A stretch of DNA of 24,000 nt from Candidatus Desulfofervidaceae bacterium (GTDB lineage: Bacteria > Desulfobacterota > Desulfofervidia > Desulfofervidales > Desulfofervidaceae), in NCBI GenBank assembly GCA_027064585.1, contig JAMOPI010000036.1:41777-65776 (forward strand), written 5' to 3'. A model generated the notes under the pieces. That model did no database searches. It saw only the letters and a program-made list of their open reading frames with translations, and had not been told where the DNA came from. How positions within the stretch are numbered: the stretch's first letter is position 1; each line of letters starts with the position of its first letter. The translations under genes and the position numbers were made by a program. Positions 8,607 through 15,364 of this stretch are shown piece by piece.

Positions 8607-9953
8607 TTATATCTTTAAAAGTAATTTGGCAATGTGAAAATATATGATTAGACCTGTAGCGTCACACAAAGTAGTAAGCAGAGGAGCACTAATTACTGCT
8701 GGGTCAAGTTTTAATTTAGTTAAAATAATAGGTAAAAGACTTCCCAACAAATTGGCCCATACAACAATGGCCACCATGGAGATACCTACAACTAGACCTA
8801 TTTCTGGTCCTCCTTTCCAGAAAAAACTGCGCAAAAAAAGGGCAACTCCGAGGGTTATACCCAAGAGAAGACCTGTAATCAATTCCTTTTTGACTACATC
8901 AAACCATCTTCGTATATTTAACTCACCTGTGGCAATGGCCCGAATGACGAGAGTAGCCGACTGGGAGGCAGTATTTCCACCGCTGTCAATAAGTACAGGT
9001 ATAAAAAAGGCTAAGGCAATAACCATACGTAAGGCGTCTTCAAAATGGGCAATCACGTTAGAGGAAAGAAAGTCTGCGACAAGAAGGAGTAACAGCCAGC
9101 CTGCTCTCTTTCGGTAGAGAAAGAAGGGCGAAGCCTTGATATAACTCTCCTCAAAGGGGATTATAGCCGATCCTTTTTGGAAGTCCTCAGTAACTTCTTC
9201 TTCTAATACGTCCAAGATATCATCAATCGTGACAATACCAATCAAAATTCCATCCTCATCCACTACTGGCAACACAGTAAGGTCATATTGTTGCATAATC
9301 TTTACTGCCTCCTCCTGATCGGCATAGGCAGATATGGAAATTACGTGGTAATCCATTAACATCTCTACTTTCTGTTCTGCATCGGCTAAAATAAAGCGTC
9401 TAATAGGTACGTCATCTAAGAGCCGCCAGTCATCGTTGACAACATAGATTATATCAATAGTCTCGGCATCTCGTCCCCGTTGACGTATGTGTTCAATGGC
9501 CTCTTTTACTGTCCAGTGAGAACGCACAGCCACATAATCAGGAGTCATCAAACGGCCAACACTATTTTTGGGATAGCCAAGCAGCTTTAAAACCTCCCTC
9601 CGGTCGTCAGAAGAAAGCATGTTAAGAAGTCTTTGCTGCAATTGACCTGGCAAGTCCTCAAAGAGTTCCGTCCTATCATCAGGAGGAAGCTCAGAGATAA
9701 TTTCTTTGATGCGCTGATCACTCATCATTTTAAGAAGTTTTTCCTGGGACTCTTTGTCCAACTCCGCAAACACATCTATGGCCTTGTCCTTGGGCAAAAG
9801 GCGAAAAATGATGATCATGTTTTTTTCGTCTATATTTTGGAGTAATTCGGCTACATCTGCTACTGGCCATTTAGAGAGAATGTCTTTTATTTTCTTCAAA
9901 CTTTTTTCTTCCAAATATGTCTGTATTACCTGTAAAAGTTCATCATTGAGCAT
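8607..9953 (-). CDS. mgtE: Magnesium transporter MgtE
   Basis: It has the MgtE N-domain, a CBS pair and the C-terminal TM domain (e.g. IPVLIDSGGNTASQSATLVIRA). I moved the start from 9998 to the ATG at 9953 (MLNDELLQ...), which has AAGGAG 6 nt upstream. Confidence 0.9.
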   Translation of the reverse strand: MLNDELLQVIQTYLEEKSLKKIKDILSKWPVADVAELLQNIDEKNMIIIFRLLPKDKAIDVFAELDKESQEKLLKMMSDQRIKEIISELPPDDRTELFEDLPGQLQQRLLNMLSSDDRREVLKLLGYPKNSVGRLMTPDYVAVRSHWTVKEAIEHIRQRGRDAETIDIIYVVNDDWRLLDDVPIRRFILADAEQKVEMLMDYHVISISAYADQEEAVKIMQQYDLTVLPVVDEDGILIGIVTIDDILDVLEEEVTEDFQKGSAIIPFEESYIKASPFFLYRKRAGWLLLLLVADFLSSNVIAHFEDALRMVIALAFFIPVLIDSGGNTASQSATLVIRAIATGELNIRRWFDVVKKELITGLLLGITLGVALFLRSFFWKGGPEIGLVVGISMVAIVVWANLLGSLLPIILTKLKLDPAVISAPLLTTLCDATGLIIYFHIAKLLLKI

Positions 9954-10032
9954 GCCCTTCTCCTTGTTATGATAAATTCTTCGTAAAATATAAAACAAAG
10001 GCCTTTACGGAAAAGTTAAGTCCAGCGTGTAA

Positions 10033-10395
10033 TTAACACCATAATAATAAAAGTAGACCCAAAGTATATATCACTATCCCCCAAATTTGGTAAGTCCTTT
10101 CTGACCTTTTTAGCCACCAATTACACATCTTTTGCATTAGATTAGGTTTTACAAAGAAAAGCACACCCTTTGCACAGATAAGTACGCCTAAAATGAGAGC
10201 AAATCCTTTAGCCGTCGTTTTAAAGGCCCCTATAATTAACAACAGACCTATAAAAATGGGGATAAGAGCAAAAAGGTAGTGTTTTTCTTGGCTAAGAAAC
10301 TTTTGTAAGTTTACCTTCAACTTCTGGGGATAGAGAATACTTCTTATCCCCATTAACATAAAAAGAATCCCAGCTACCCATACAAACCATCTCAT
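10033..10395 (-). CDS. Small hydrophobic membrane protein (about 4 predicted TM segments), function unknown
   Basis: A 120-aa ORF made of hydrophobic stretches separated by basic loops. Its ATG overlaps the rarA stop (ATGA), which implies translational coupling. I did not recognise a family. Confidence 0.6.
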   Translation of the reverse strand: MRWFVWVAGILFMLMGIRSILYPQKLKVNLQKFLSQEKHYLFALIPIFIGLLLIIGAFKTTAKGFALILGVLICAKGVLFFVKPNLMQKMCNWWLKRSERTYQIWGIVIYTLGLLLLLWC

Positions 10396-11681
10396 TTAAA
10401 CCCTCCTTTTATTTTCTCCAGCCGTCTTTTAATTTCGGCCTCCTTTCCCATATTACTAGGTAGGTAATATCTCCTTGTTTTTAATTTTTCAGGTAGATAG
10501 TTCTGCTTTACATATCCCCCTGGGTAGTTATGTGGATACCTATAGCCCTCGCCATAACCCAATTTCTTCATCAAACGCGTGGGGGCATTACGAAGATGTA
10601 ACGGAACAGGAAGACTACCGTAGGCCTTAATGTCTCTTTGGACTAGATGATGGGCCCTTAAAACAGCATTGCTTTTGGGGGCAGTGGCCAAATAAGTGGC
10701 GGCCTGAATCAAATTTAATACGCCCTCAGGCATACCAACGGCCTGAAAGGCATGCAAAGCGGCCACGGCTACTTGCAAGGCCTGGGGATCAGCGTTACCA
10801 ATATCCTCCGAGGCAAAGATAAGCATTCGTCTTAAAATAAAGAGAGGGTCTTCTCCAGCCGTAAGCATTCTCTCCAACCAGTAAACGGCCGCATCCGGAT
10901 CACTTCCTCGCATGCTTTTGATAAAGGCAGAAATGAGGTTGTAATGTTCTTCTCCTCTCCTGTCGTAACGTAAAGGAATTTCACTTAATACCCTTTTAAG
11001 CACTTCTTCAGAAATGACCTTTTGTCCTTCTTCCCAAGGGGCCATTTCAGTGGCCAATTCCAAGGTATTTAAGGCCACCCGGGCATCCCCTTGCGCCGCC
11101 TTGGCAATAAACCCAAGCAATTCAGGATTAATTTTTATCGGAGAATCAAAGCCCTTTTCTATGCCTCGTTTAAGAATCAAGGTCATTTCTTCTTGCGTAA
11201 AGGGATGAAACACCAACACCTTACACCGAGAAAGCAATGGGGCAGTGAGATAAAAAGATGGATTCTCAGTGGTTGTCGCTAGAAGAATTATAGTGCCCTT
11301 TTCCAAATAAGGCAAAAAGGCATCTTGTTGGGCCCGATTAAAACGATGAATTTCATCTATAAAAACAATCGTAGGAATCCCTTCTTTTTCCCAGTTCTGT
11401 TGCGCAGATTGCATAAATTCTTTGATTTCTTTTATACTTGTTGTTACAGCCGAAAAACTGGCCTGGGGATAGTTAAAGTATTGGGCAATAAGGAAGGCCA
11501 ATGTAGTCTTACCTGTGCCCGGTGGTCCCCAGAAGATGAGGGAAGGTAGCTTCTGGGAAGTGAAGATTTTATGAATTAAGTCAATTAAATGCCTTTGACC
11601 TATGAAATCAGACAAACTCCGAGGCCGAAGGCGTTCGGTCAAAGGAATAGTTTTTTTTGCTTTGGTTTTGAGATTTAACAT
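10392..11681 (-). CDS. rarA: Replication-associated recombination protein A (RarA/MgsA AAA+ ATPase)
   Basis: Walker A is GPPGTGKTT and Walker B is VFIDEIHRFN. The C-terminal MgsA region includes SMRGSDPDAAVYWL and the tail GYGEGYRYPH. The ATG at 11681 is preferred over the track's TTG at 11687, and it overlaps the nadK stop. Confidence 0.92.
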   Translation of the reverse strand: MLNLKTKAKKTIPLTERLRPRSLSDFIGQRHLIDLIHKIFTSQKLPSLIFWGPPGTGKTTLAFLIAQYFNYPQASFSAVTTSIKEIKEFMQSAQQNWEKEGIPTIVFIDEIHRFNRAQQDAFLPYLEKGTIILLATTTENPSFYLTAPLLSRCKVLVFHPFTQEEMTLILKRGIEKGFDSPIKINPELLGFIAKAAQGDARVALNTLELATEMAPWEEGQKVISEEVLKRVLSEIPLRYDRRGEEHYNLISAFIKSMRGSDPDAAVYWLERMLTAGEDPLFILRRMLIFASEDIGNADPQALQVAVAALHAFQAVGMPEGVLNLIQAATYLATAPKSNAVLRAHHLVQRDIKAYGSLPVPLHLRNAPTRLMKKLGYGEGYRYPHNYPGGYVKQNYLPEKLKTRRYYLPSNMGKEAEIKRRLEKIKGGFK

Positions 11682-12487
11682 CCCCAATTTAATTTCTGTC
11701 TTAAGGTGTGGAAATAAAGACCATGGTTGATCAGATAAATAGGGCGCTGTGACCGTTTTATCTCTACCCTATCACCTCCAGCCAGAGGGATAAACACCTG
11801 GCCATCAAAGATTACCCTTACTCCCTCCCCTCCTCTTTCTAAGGTTATTTCTACCGTGGCCTCTGGAAACAAAACCAAAGAACGGTGAACAAGGTGGAAA
11901 GGACAAATTGAAGTTATAATAAGGGCATCCAAGGCGGGATGGACAATAGGGCCACCGGCTGAAAGGGAATAGGCCGTAGAACCAGTAGGCGTAGCAACGA
12001 TAATTCCGTCAGCCCTCAGAGAAGTAACCTTTTGTCCATCTGCCTTTACCGAGAGGGTAATCAAATGGGTCCATGCTCCCCTTTCAATGGCTATTTCGTT
12101 GAGGGCCATAAAAGGTCCCTTTTTTTCATTCTGATTATAAATGATTCCCTCTATAACCATCCTCTTCTCTGCTCGAAACTTACCTTCTAAAACAGCCACA
12201 AGTATTTTCTTAGCCTCTTCTTTACTGACTGCACTCAGAAAGCCTAATTCTCCAAAATTGATCCCCAAGATAGGCACAGCCACAGGCCAAACCATGCGGG
12301 CGGCCTTAAGAAGCGAACCGTCTCCACCCAGGACAATAATAAGATCTAGAGAATAAGGAAAAGGAGGCCAAAAGACTGTAACTCCCTTTTGTTCTAACCA
12401 AGTAGCAATTTGTTCTGCCTCTTTCCTTGTAGTTGGGTCCTGACGATAATATATACCTATTTTCTGGATATCTGTTTTCTCAATCAC
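11675..12487 (-). CDS. nadK: NAD kinase
   Basis: It has the GGDGS motif (IIVLGGDGSLL), NFGELGFL, and TPTGSTAYSLSAGGPIV. The only in-frame start near the N-terminus is the GTG at 12487, so the start is less certain than the gene call. Confidence 0.88.
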   Translation of the reverse strand: MIEKTDIQKIGIYYRQDPTTRKEAEQIATWLEQKGVTVFWPPFPYSLDLIIVLGGDGSLLKAARMVWPVAVPILGINFGELGFLSAVSKEEAKKILVAVLEGKFRAEKRMVIEGIIYNQNEKKGPFMALNEIAIERGAWTHLITLSVKADGQKVTSLRADGIIVATPTGSTAYSLSAGGPIVHPALDALIITSICPFHLVHRSLVLFPEATVEITLERGGEGVRVIFDGQVFIPLAGGDRVEIKRSQRPIYLINHGLYFHTLRQKLNWGC

Positions 12488-12495
12488 AATGTGAT

Positions 12496-12524
12496 GATAT
12501 ACACAACAAGAGAGAGAAAGTCAA
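12496..12524 (-). promoter_or_regulatory. Candidate sigma70-type promoter for nadK-rarA-(membrane protein)-mgtE (TTGACT, 17 nt spacer, TATATC)
   Basis: On the - strand the -35 TTGACT is at 12524-12519 and the -10 TATATC is at 12501-12496, with a 17-nt spacer. The -10 ends only 8 nt before the GTG start. This is a pattern match only. Confidence 0.35.
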
Positions 12525-12525
12525 T

Positions 12526-12720
12526 AAACTTCACTCTGATCTGTAATCACTTTTCCATCTTCTGGTTGGAGGTATAATTTAAAACAGTTGGAAAGTTTGT
12601 GAGTTTATGGGTTTATGAGTTACCCATTAACGCATTAACACATTAACCCATTTCCAGTTGTGGTTAGGACTAGAGCTTTAGAAAGTTATTACAAAAGGTG
12701 ATTACAGATGAAACTTCACT
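12526..12720. mobile_element. MITE-like non-coding element: 10-bp direct repeats flank 12-bp perfect (15/16 extended) terminal inverted repeats and a roughly 150-bp core
   Basis: Read directly. The direct repeat aaacttcact occurs at 12526-12535 and 12711-12720. The inverted repeat is atctgtaatcac (12539-12550) and gtgattacagat (12698-12709). There is no ORF inside. The core contains an 8-nt-periodic palindromic array (12595-12650). Confidence 0.45.
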
Positions 12721-12725
12721 ATACT

Positions 12726-14678
12726 TTAAACGCCTTTGCTTTTATATTGCACCTTTACTTGCTTAGCCAATATTCTATAGTCTGTCCCGTTTATTTGCAC
12801 CCGTAAAGTTAAACGAATGGTATCAAGATAATCCAAAATGGCTACGGTATACTGGCGAGATAAATTCAGCAAGTTTTTAGCTTGGTTTAAATCCATTTTT
12901 TCATGGGTTAAAAGAAATGCTTTTACTTGTTTCCATGCCTTTTTTAGTAATTTTTGATGTAAAAAACGCCCGTTGTTAAGTTGAACAATGGCCTCTTTAT
13001 CTATTAAAAAGGTTAAAGCCTTTTTTACCTTTTTTTCTTCCGCATGCGGAAATGCCCTTTGAAGTAAAACAAAGGTAAAACCCCTTAAGTCACCGTTAAG
13101 GGCATATTCCTCAATCTTTTTACAAAGCTTTTCTTCCTCTCCCTTAAGAAATGGCAAGAAACCCTTGATATGATAACGCCCTTTCGTTCTATCAATTTTT
13201 CCTTCTTTAAGAAGGGAAACAATTGCTTCCTCAAATACCTTTTTATCAATTTCCCCCACAGATTGTTTTAACTCTTCTTTAGCCAGGCCAATTTTGTAAT
13301 AGAATTGCTGATGATAATTTTTAAGGCTGGATAAAATCTTTTCCTTTACTTCTCTAAAATTGTCAATATGGTAAAATCCATTACCAATTTGAATAATTTT
13401 TCCTTTCTTTAAAAGAGGATCAAGAAAAGAGTAGATTCTTTCTGTGCCTGTTTGTTTGAATAAGTTTATGGGCGTAACTGGGGTCACAAAATACTCTTTA
13501 ATAAGTGCCTCTATAAAATCTACATCTACTCCTTGACAAAATCTGTGATAACGAGGGATCAAAAACCGCATTTTTTGCCGAAATTTGCGTCTTGTTACCT
13601 CTACAACAATACCTCCCCCAATGGTATGGGCTGGGCTTAAACTGCGTACGACAAATCTATCTCCTGGCAGGGCAGCAACCGGAATTTTACATCTAAATTG
13701 AACAAAGCCTTTTTCTCCTGGCAAAAGTTTATCCCTTTCCATAAGCACAACTTTGGCTGTGGTTTCCATAGTGCCAAGGTATAAACGCACAACAGTGTAG
13801 TTGTCAAAAACCTGCTCATCAGGAGGTGTATACACAAAAAGGGCATTGACAAAGTGACTAGTTTCGAGCAAACCGTTCTCGGCCAAAATCATCCCTTTTT
13901 CTACCTTTAAATTATGTCCCGCCAGATTAATACCTACTCTCTGTCCTGCCCTTGCCTCCAATACTTCTTGCCGATGTACCTGAAGTCCCTTTATTTTTAC
14001 TAGCTTACCTTCTGGATAAATACTCAATACCTGCCCTACCCGGCAACTTCCACTTAAAACCGTGCCTGTTACGACTGTGCCTTGTCCTGGAATTTGTAAT
14101 ACCCGGTCAATAGGAAGTCGGAAGAAACCAGTGTCTGACCGAGGTGGAATTTTTTCGCATAAGGATTGCAGATAGGCGATAATTTCTTTTTCACCCTGTT
14201 TTGTCCAAGCAGAAAAGGGAATGATAGGACTATCTGCTAAAAAGCTATCTTTTACCAACTCTTTAATTTCTTCTATCGCCAAAAAACGAGTTTCTTCATC
14301 TACCAAGTCAACTTTAGACAAAACCACAAAGCCATAACGCACATCAAGAAATTTCAAAATTTGAAGATGCTCTCTTGTTTGGGGCATAACGCCGTCGTCT
14401 GCTGCTACTACCAAGATGGCTGCGTCTACACAGCTTGCTCCTCTGACCATGTTTTTGATAAAATCTTCATGACCTGGTAAATCAACAAAGGCAAGTAATT
14501 GCTTCTCTTCTGAATGGATATCTGAAGAAAGTTTAAAAGGAACAACCGTTGGTTCTATCGTCAGGCCCCTTTTCTTTTCCTCCTTTAAAACATCCGGATC
14601 AACACCTGTTAGGGTTTTAACCAAGCTAGATTTACCATGATCTACATGTCCAGCGGTAGCGATCGTATATTCAATCAT
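12726..14678 (-). CDS. selB: SelB-type (selenocysteine-specific-like) translation elongation factor, full length with C-terminal winged-helix mRNA-binding domains
   Basis: It has the SelB-style N-terminus MIEYTIATAGHVDHGKSSLVKTLTG, G3 DLPGHE and G4 SKVD. Domain II reads FRLPIDRVLQIPGQGTVVTGTVLSG. A long C-terminal extension ends in a SelB-like last winged helix (LNLSRQYTVAILDYLDTIRLT). The start is set at ATG 14678, not the track's TTG 14717, which would begin 4 nt after the tRNA. Confidence 0.85.
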   Translation of the reverse strand: MIEYTIATAGHVDHGKSSLVKTLTGVDPDVLKEEKKRGLTIEPTVVPFKLSSDIHSEEKQLLAFVDLPGHEDFIKNMVRGASCVDAAILVVAADDGVMPQTREHLQILKFLDVRYGFVVLSKVDLVDEETRFLAIEEIKELVKDSFLADSPIIPFSAWTKQGEKEIIAYLQSLCEKIPPRSDTGFFRLPIDRVLQIPGQGTVVTGTVLSGSCRVGQVLSIYPEGKLVKIKGLQVHRQEVLEARAGQRVGINLAGHNLKVEKGMILAENGLLETSHFVNALFVYTPPDEQVFDNYTVVRLYLGTMETTAKVVLMERDKLLPGEKGFVQFRCKIPVAALPGDRFVVRSLSPAHTIGGGIVVEVTRRKFRQKMRFLIPRYHRFCQGVDVDFIEALIKEYFVTPVTPINLFKQTGTERIYSFLDPLLKKGKIIQIGNGFYHIDNFREVKEKILSSLKNYHQQFYYKIGLAKEELKQSVGEIDKKVFEEAIVSLLKEGKIDRTKGRYHIKGFLPFLKGEEEKLCKKIEEYALNGDLRGFTFVLLQRAFPHAEEKKVKKALTFLIDKEAIVQLNNGRFLHQKLLKKAWKQVKAFLLTHEKMDLNQAKNLLNLSRQYTVAILDYLDTIRLTLRVQINGTDYRILAKQVKVQYKSKGV

Positions 14679-14721
14679 ATCCTTACCTAACAAACTCAAT
14701 AAATTTTTAAAACTCAAAATT

Positions 14722-14814
14722 TGGAGGGGGCAAGGGGAATTGAACCTCCTCTGGCCTTTTTAGGGCCAGCCAACGGGTTTGCAGCCCGCGGGGAGCACCA
14801 GCTCCATTGCCCCC
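14722..14814 (-). tRNA. tRNA with tRNA-Sec-like architecture but cysteine identity elements (anticodon GCA, discriminator U73); CCA is encoded
   Basis: Hand-folded from the - strand sequence GGGGGCAATGGAGCTGGTGCTCCCCGCGGGCTGCAAACCCGTTGGCTGGCCCTAAAAAGGCCAGAGGAGGTTCAATTCCCCTTGCCCCCTCCA. The acceptor stem is 8 bp (1-8 with 82-89). The D stem is 5 bp with the 4-nt loop UGGU. The anticodon stem is 5 bp with loop CUGCAAA (anticodon GCA, genomic 14782-14780). The extra arm is 6 bp with a 7-nt loop. The T stem is 4 bp (with one A-C mismatch) and the T loop is UUCAAUU. The discriminator is U (genomic 14725), followed by CCA. Confidence 0.85.
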
Positions 14815-14830
14815 TTTTTGGCAAAAATTA

Positions 14831-14859
14831 ATACTACATTGAAATAACAAATAAGTCAA
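14831..14859 (-). promoter_or_regulatory. Candidate sigma70-type promoter for the tRNA-selB unit (TTGACT, 17 nt spacer, TAGTAT)
   Basis: On the - strand the -35 TTGACT is at 14859-14854 and the -10 TAGTAT is at 14836-14831, with a 17-nt spacer. The -10 ends 16 nt before tRNA position 1. This is a pattern match only. Confidence 0.45.
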
Positions 14860-15157
14860 ATAGAAATTAGTTATAACAATCACAATTTTAAACAGGAAGG
14901 TTTATAAAATAATCATTTTAATAGTAACCGCTAAAGGGTAAGCAGTGAATGGGAAGGTAAGGAGTAGGACATACTTATCACTTTTCAGTAACTTTTCTAA
15001 CTCCTTGTACATCCTTTAACTTGAGTTTTATTCTTTTCATAGGTAGCTTCCTTTTATTTGGTTCTTGCTAAGTTTAGCTAGTCGTCCCTGAAAAACGATA
15101 TAACCTACCATTTTATCGCATATTTCCTTGATATTAGGGTGATACAAATACAGGGAT

Positions 15158-15338
15158 ATGTTAAAAATCGGCTCAAAATCTTACAATTTGGAACGTCAAA
15201 ATAAAAGGAAGAGGATCCGATAAAAGGCAATTAAGTTTGTTTCAGCAAAGGTTAAAAGAACAACTCAACCCAAAGCATCTCTTATACAAGATTTTTGAAC
15301 TATTGACACTATTTACAAACTATTTTAAAAGCCCTTAA
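15158..15338 (+). pseudogene. Remnant of the N-terminus of an IS5/IS1182-like (DDE, DUF772-type) transposase, frameshifted and truncated
   Basis: Two short frames were read: 15158-15223 (MLKIGSKSYNLERQNKRKRIR*) and 15219-15338 (DKRQLSLFQQRLKEQLNPKHLLYKIFELL...*). The pattern LF..L.E.LNP.H.L.K matches my recollection of InsH-type N-terminal domains. No catalytic domain follows. Confidence 0.35.
15303..15331 (+). promoter_or_regulatory. Candidate promoter for rgy (TTGACA, 17 nt spacer, TAAAAG)
   Basis: TTGACA is at 15303-15308 and TAAAAG at 15326-15331. The RBS AGGAG lies 6 nt before the ATG at 15365. The -10 is weak, and the -35 lies inside the transposase remnant. Confidence 0.3.
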
Positions 15339-15364
15339 ATAAGTTAAGTATTTTAGGAGTTTTT

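Noticed and set aside
8644-9972. + strand ORFs antisense to mgtE (8644-9117, 9633-9845, 9754-9972), and an M-box riboswitch upstream of mgtE
   Set aside because: The antisense ORFs have no support. The leader between the membrane-protein stop (10033) and the mgtE ATG (9953) is only 79 nt, too short for the roughly 160-nt M-box, and none of its conserved segments are visible.
11014-12356. + strand ORFs antisense to rarA and nadK (11014-11208, 11091-11282, 11325-11549, 12141-12356)
   Set aside because: They are antisense to well-supported genes, and their translations are rich in Ser, Pro and Arg with no recognisable motifs.
13637-13852. ORF 13637-13852 (- strand, alternative frame) inside selB
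   Set aside because: It is an out-of-frame overlap with the 650-aa SelB ORF and has no independent evidence.
14679-14717. The track's longer SelB start (TTG at 14717, MSFKNLLSLLGKD...)
   Set aside because: It would begin 4 nt after the tRNA 3' end and uses TTG. SelB proteins start close to the G1 motif, and the ATG at 14678 gives the typical MIEYTIATAGHVDHGK N-terminus.
12481-14886. The 10-mer caatcacaat at both 12481-12490 and 14877-14886, which could be read as direct repeats bracketing the selB/tRNA cassette
   Set aside because: Hundreds of chance 10-mer repeat pairs are expected in 24 kb. Unlike the MITE-like repeats, these have no associated inverted repeats or mirrored geometry. One copy overlaps the nadK start codon.
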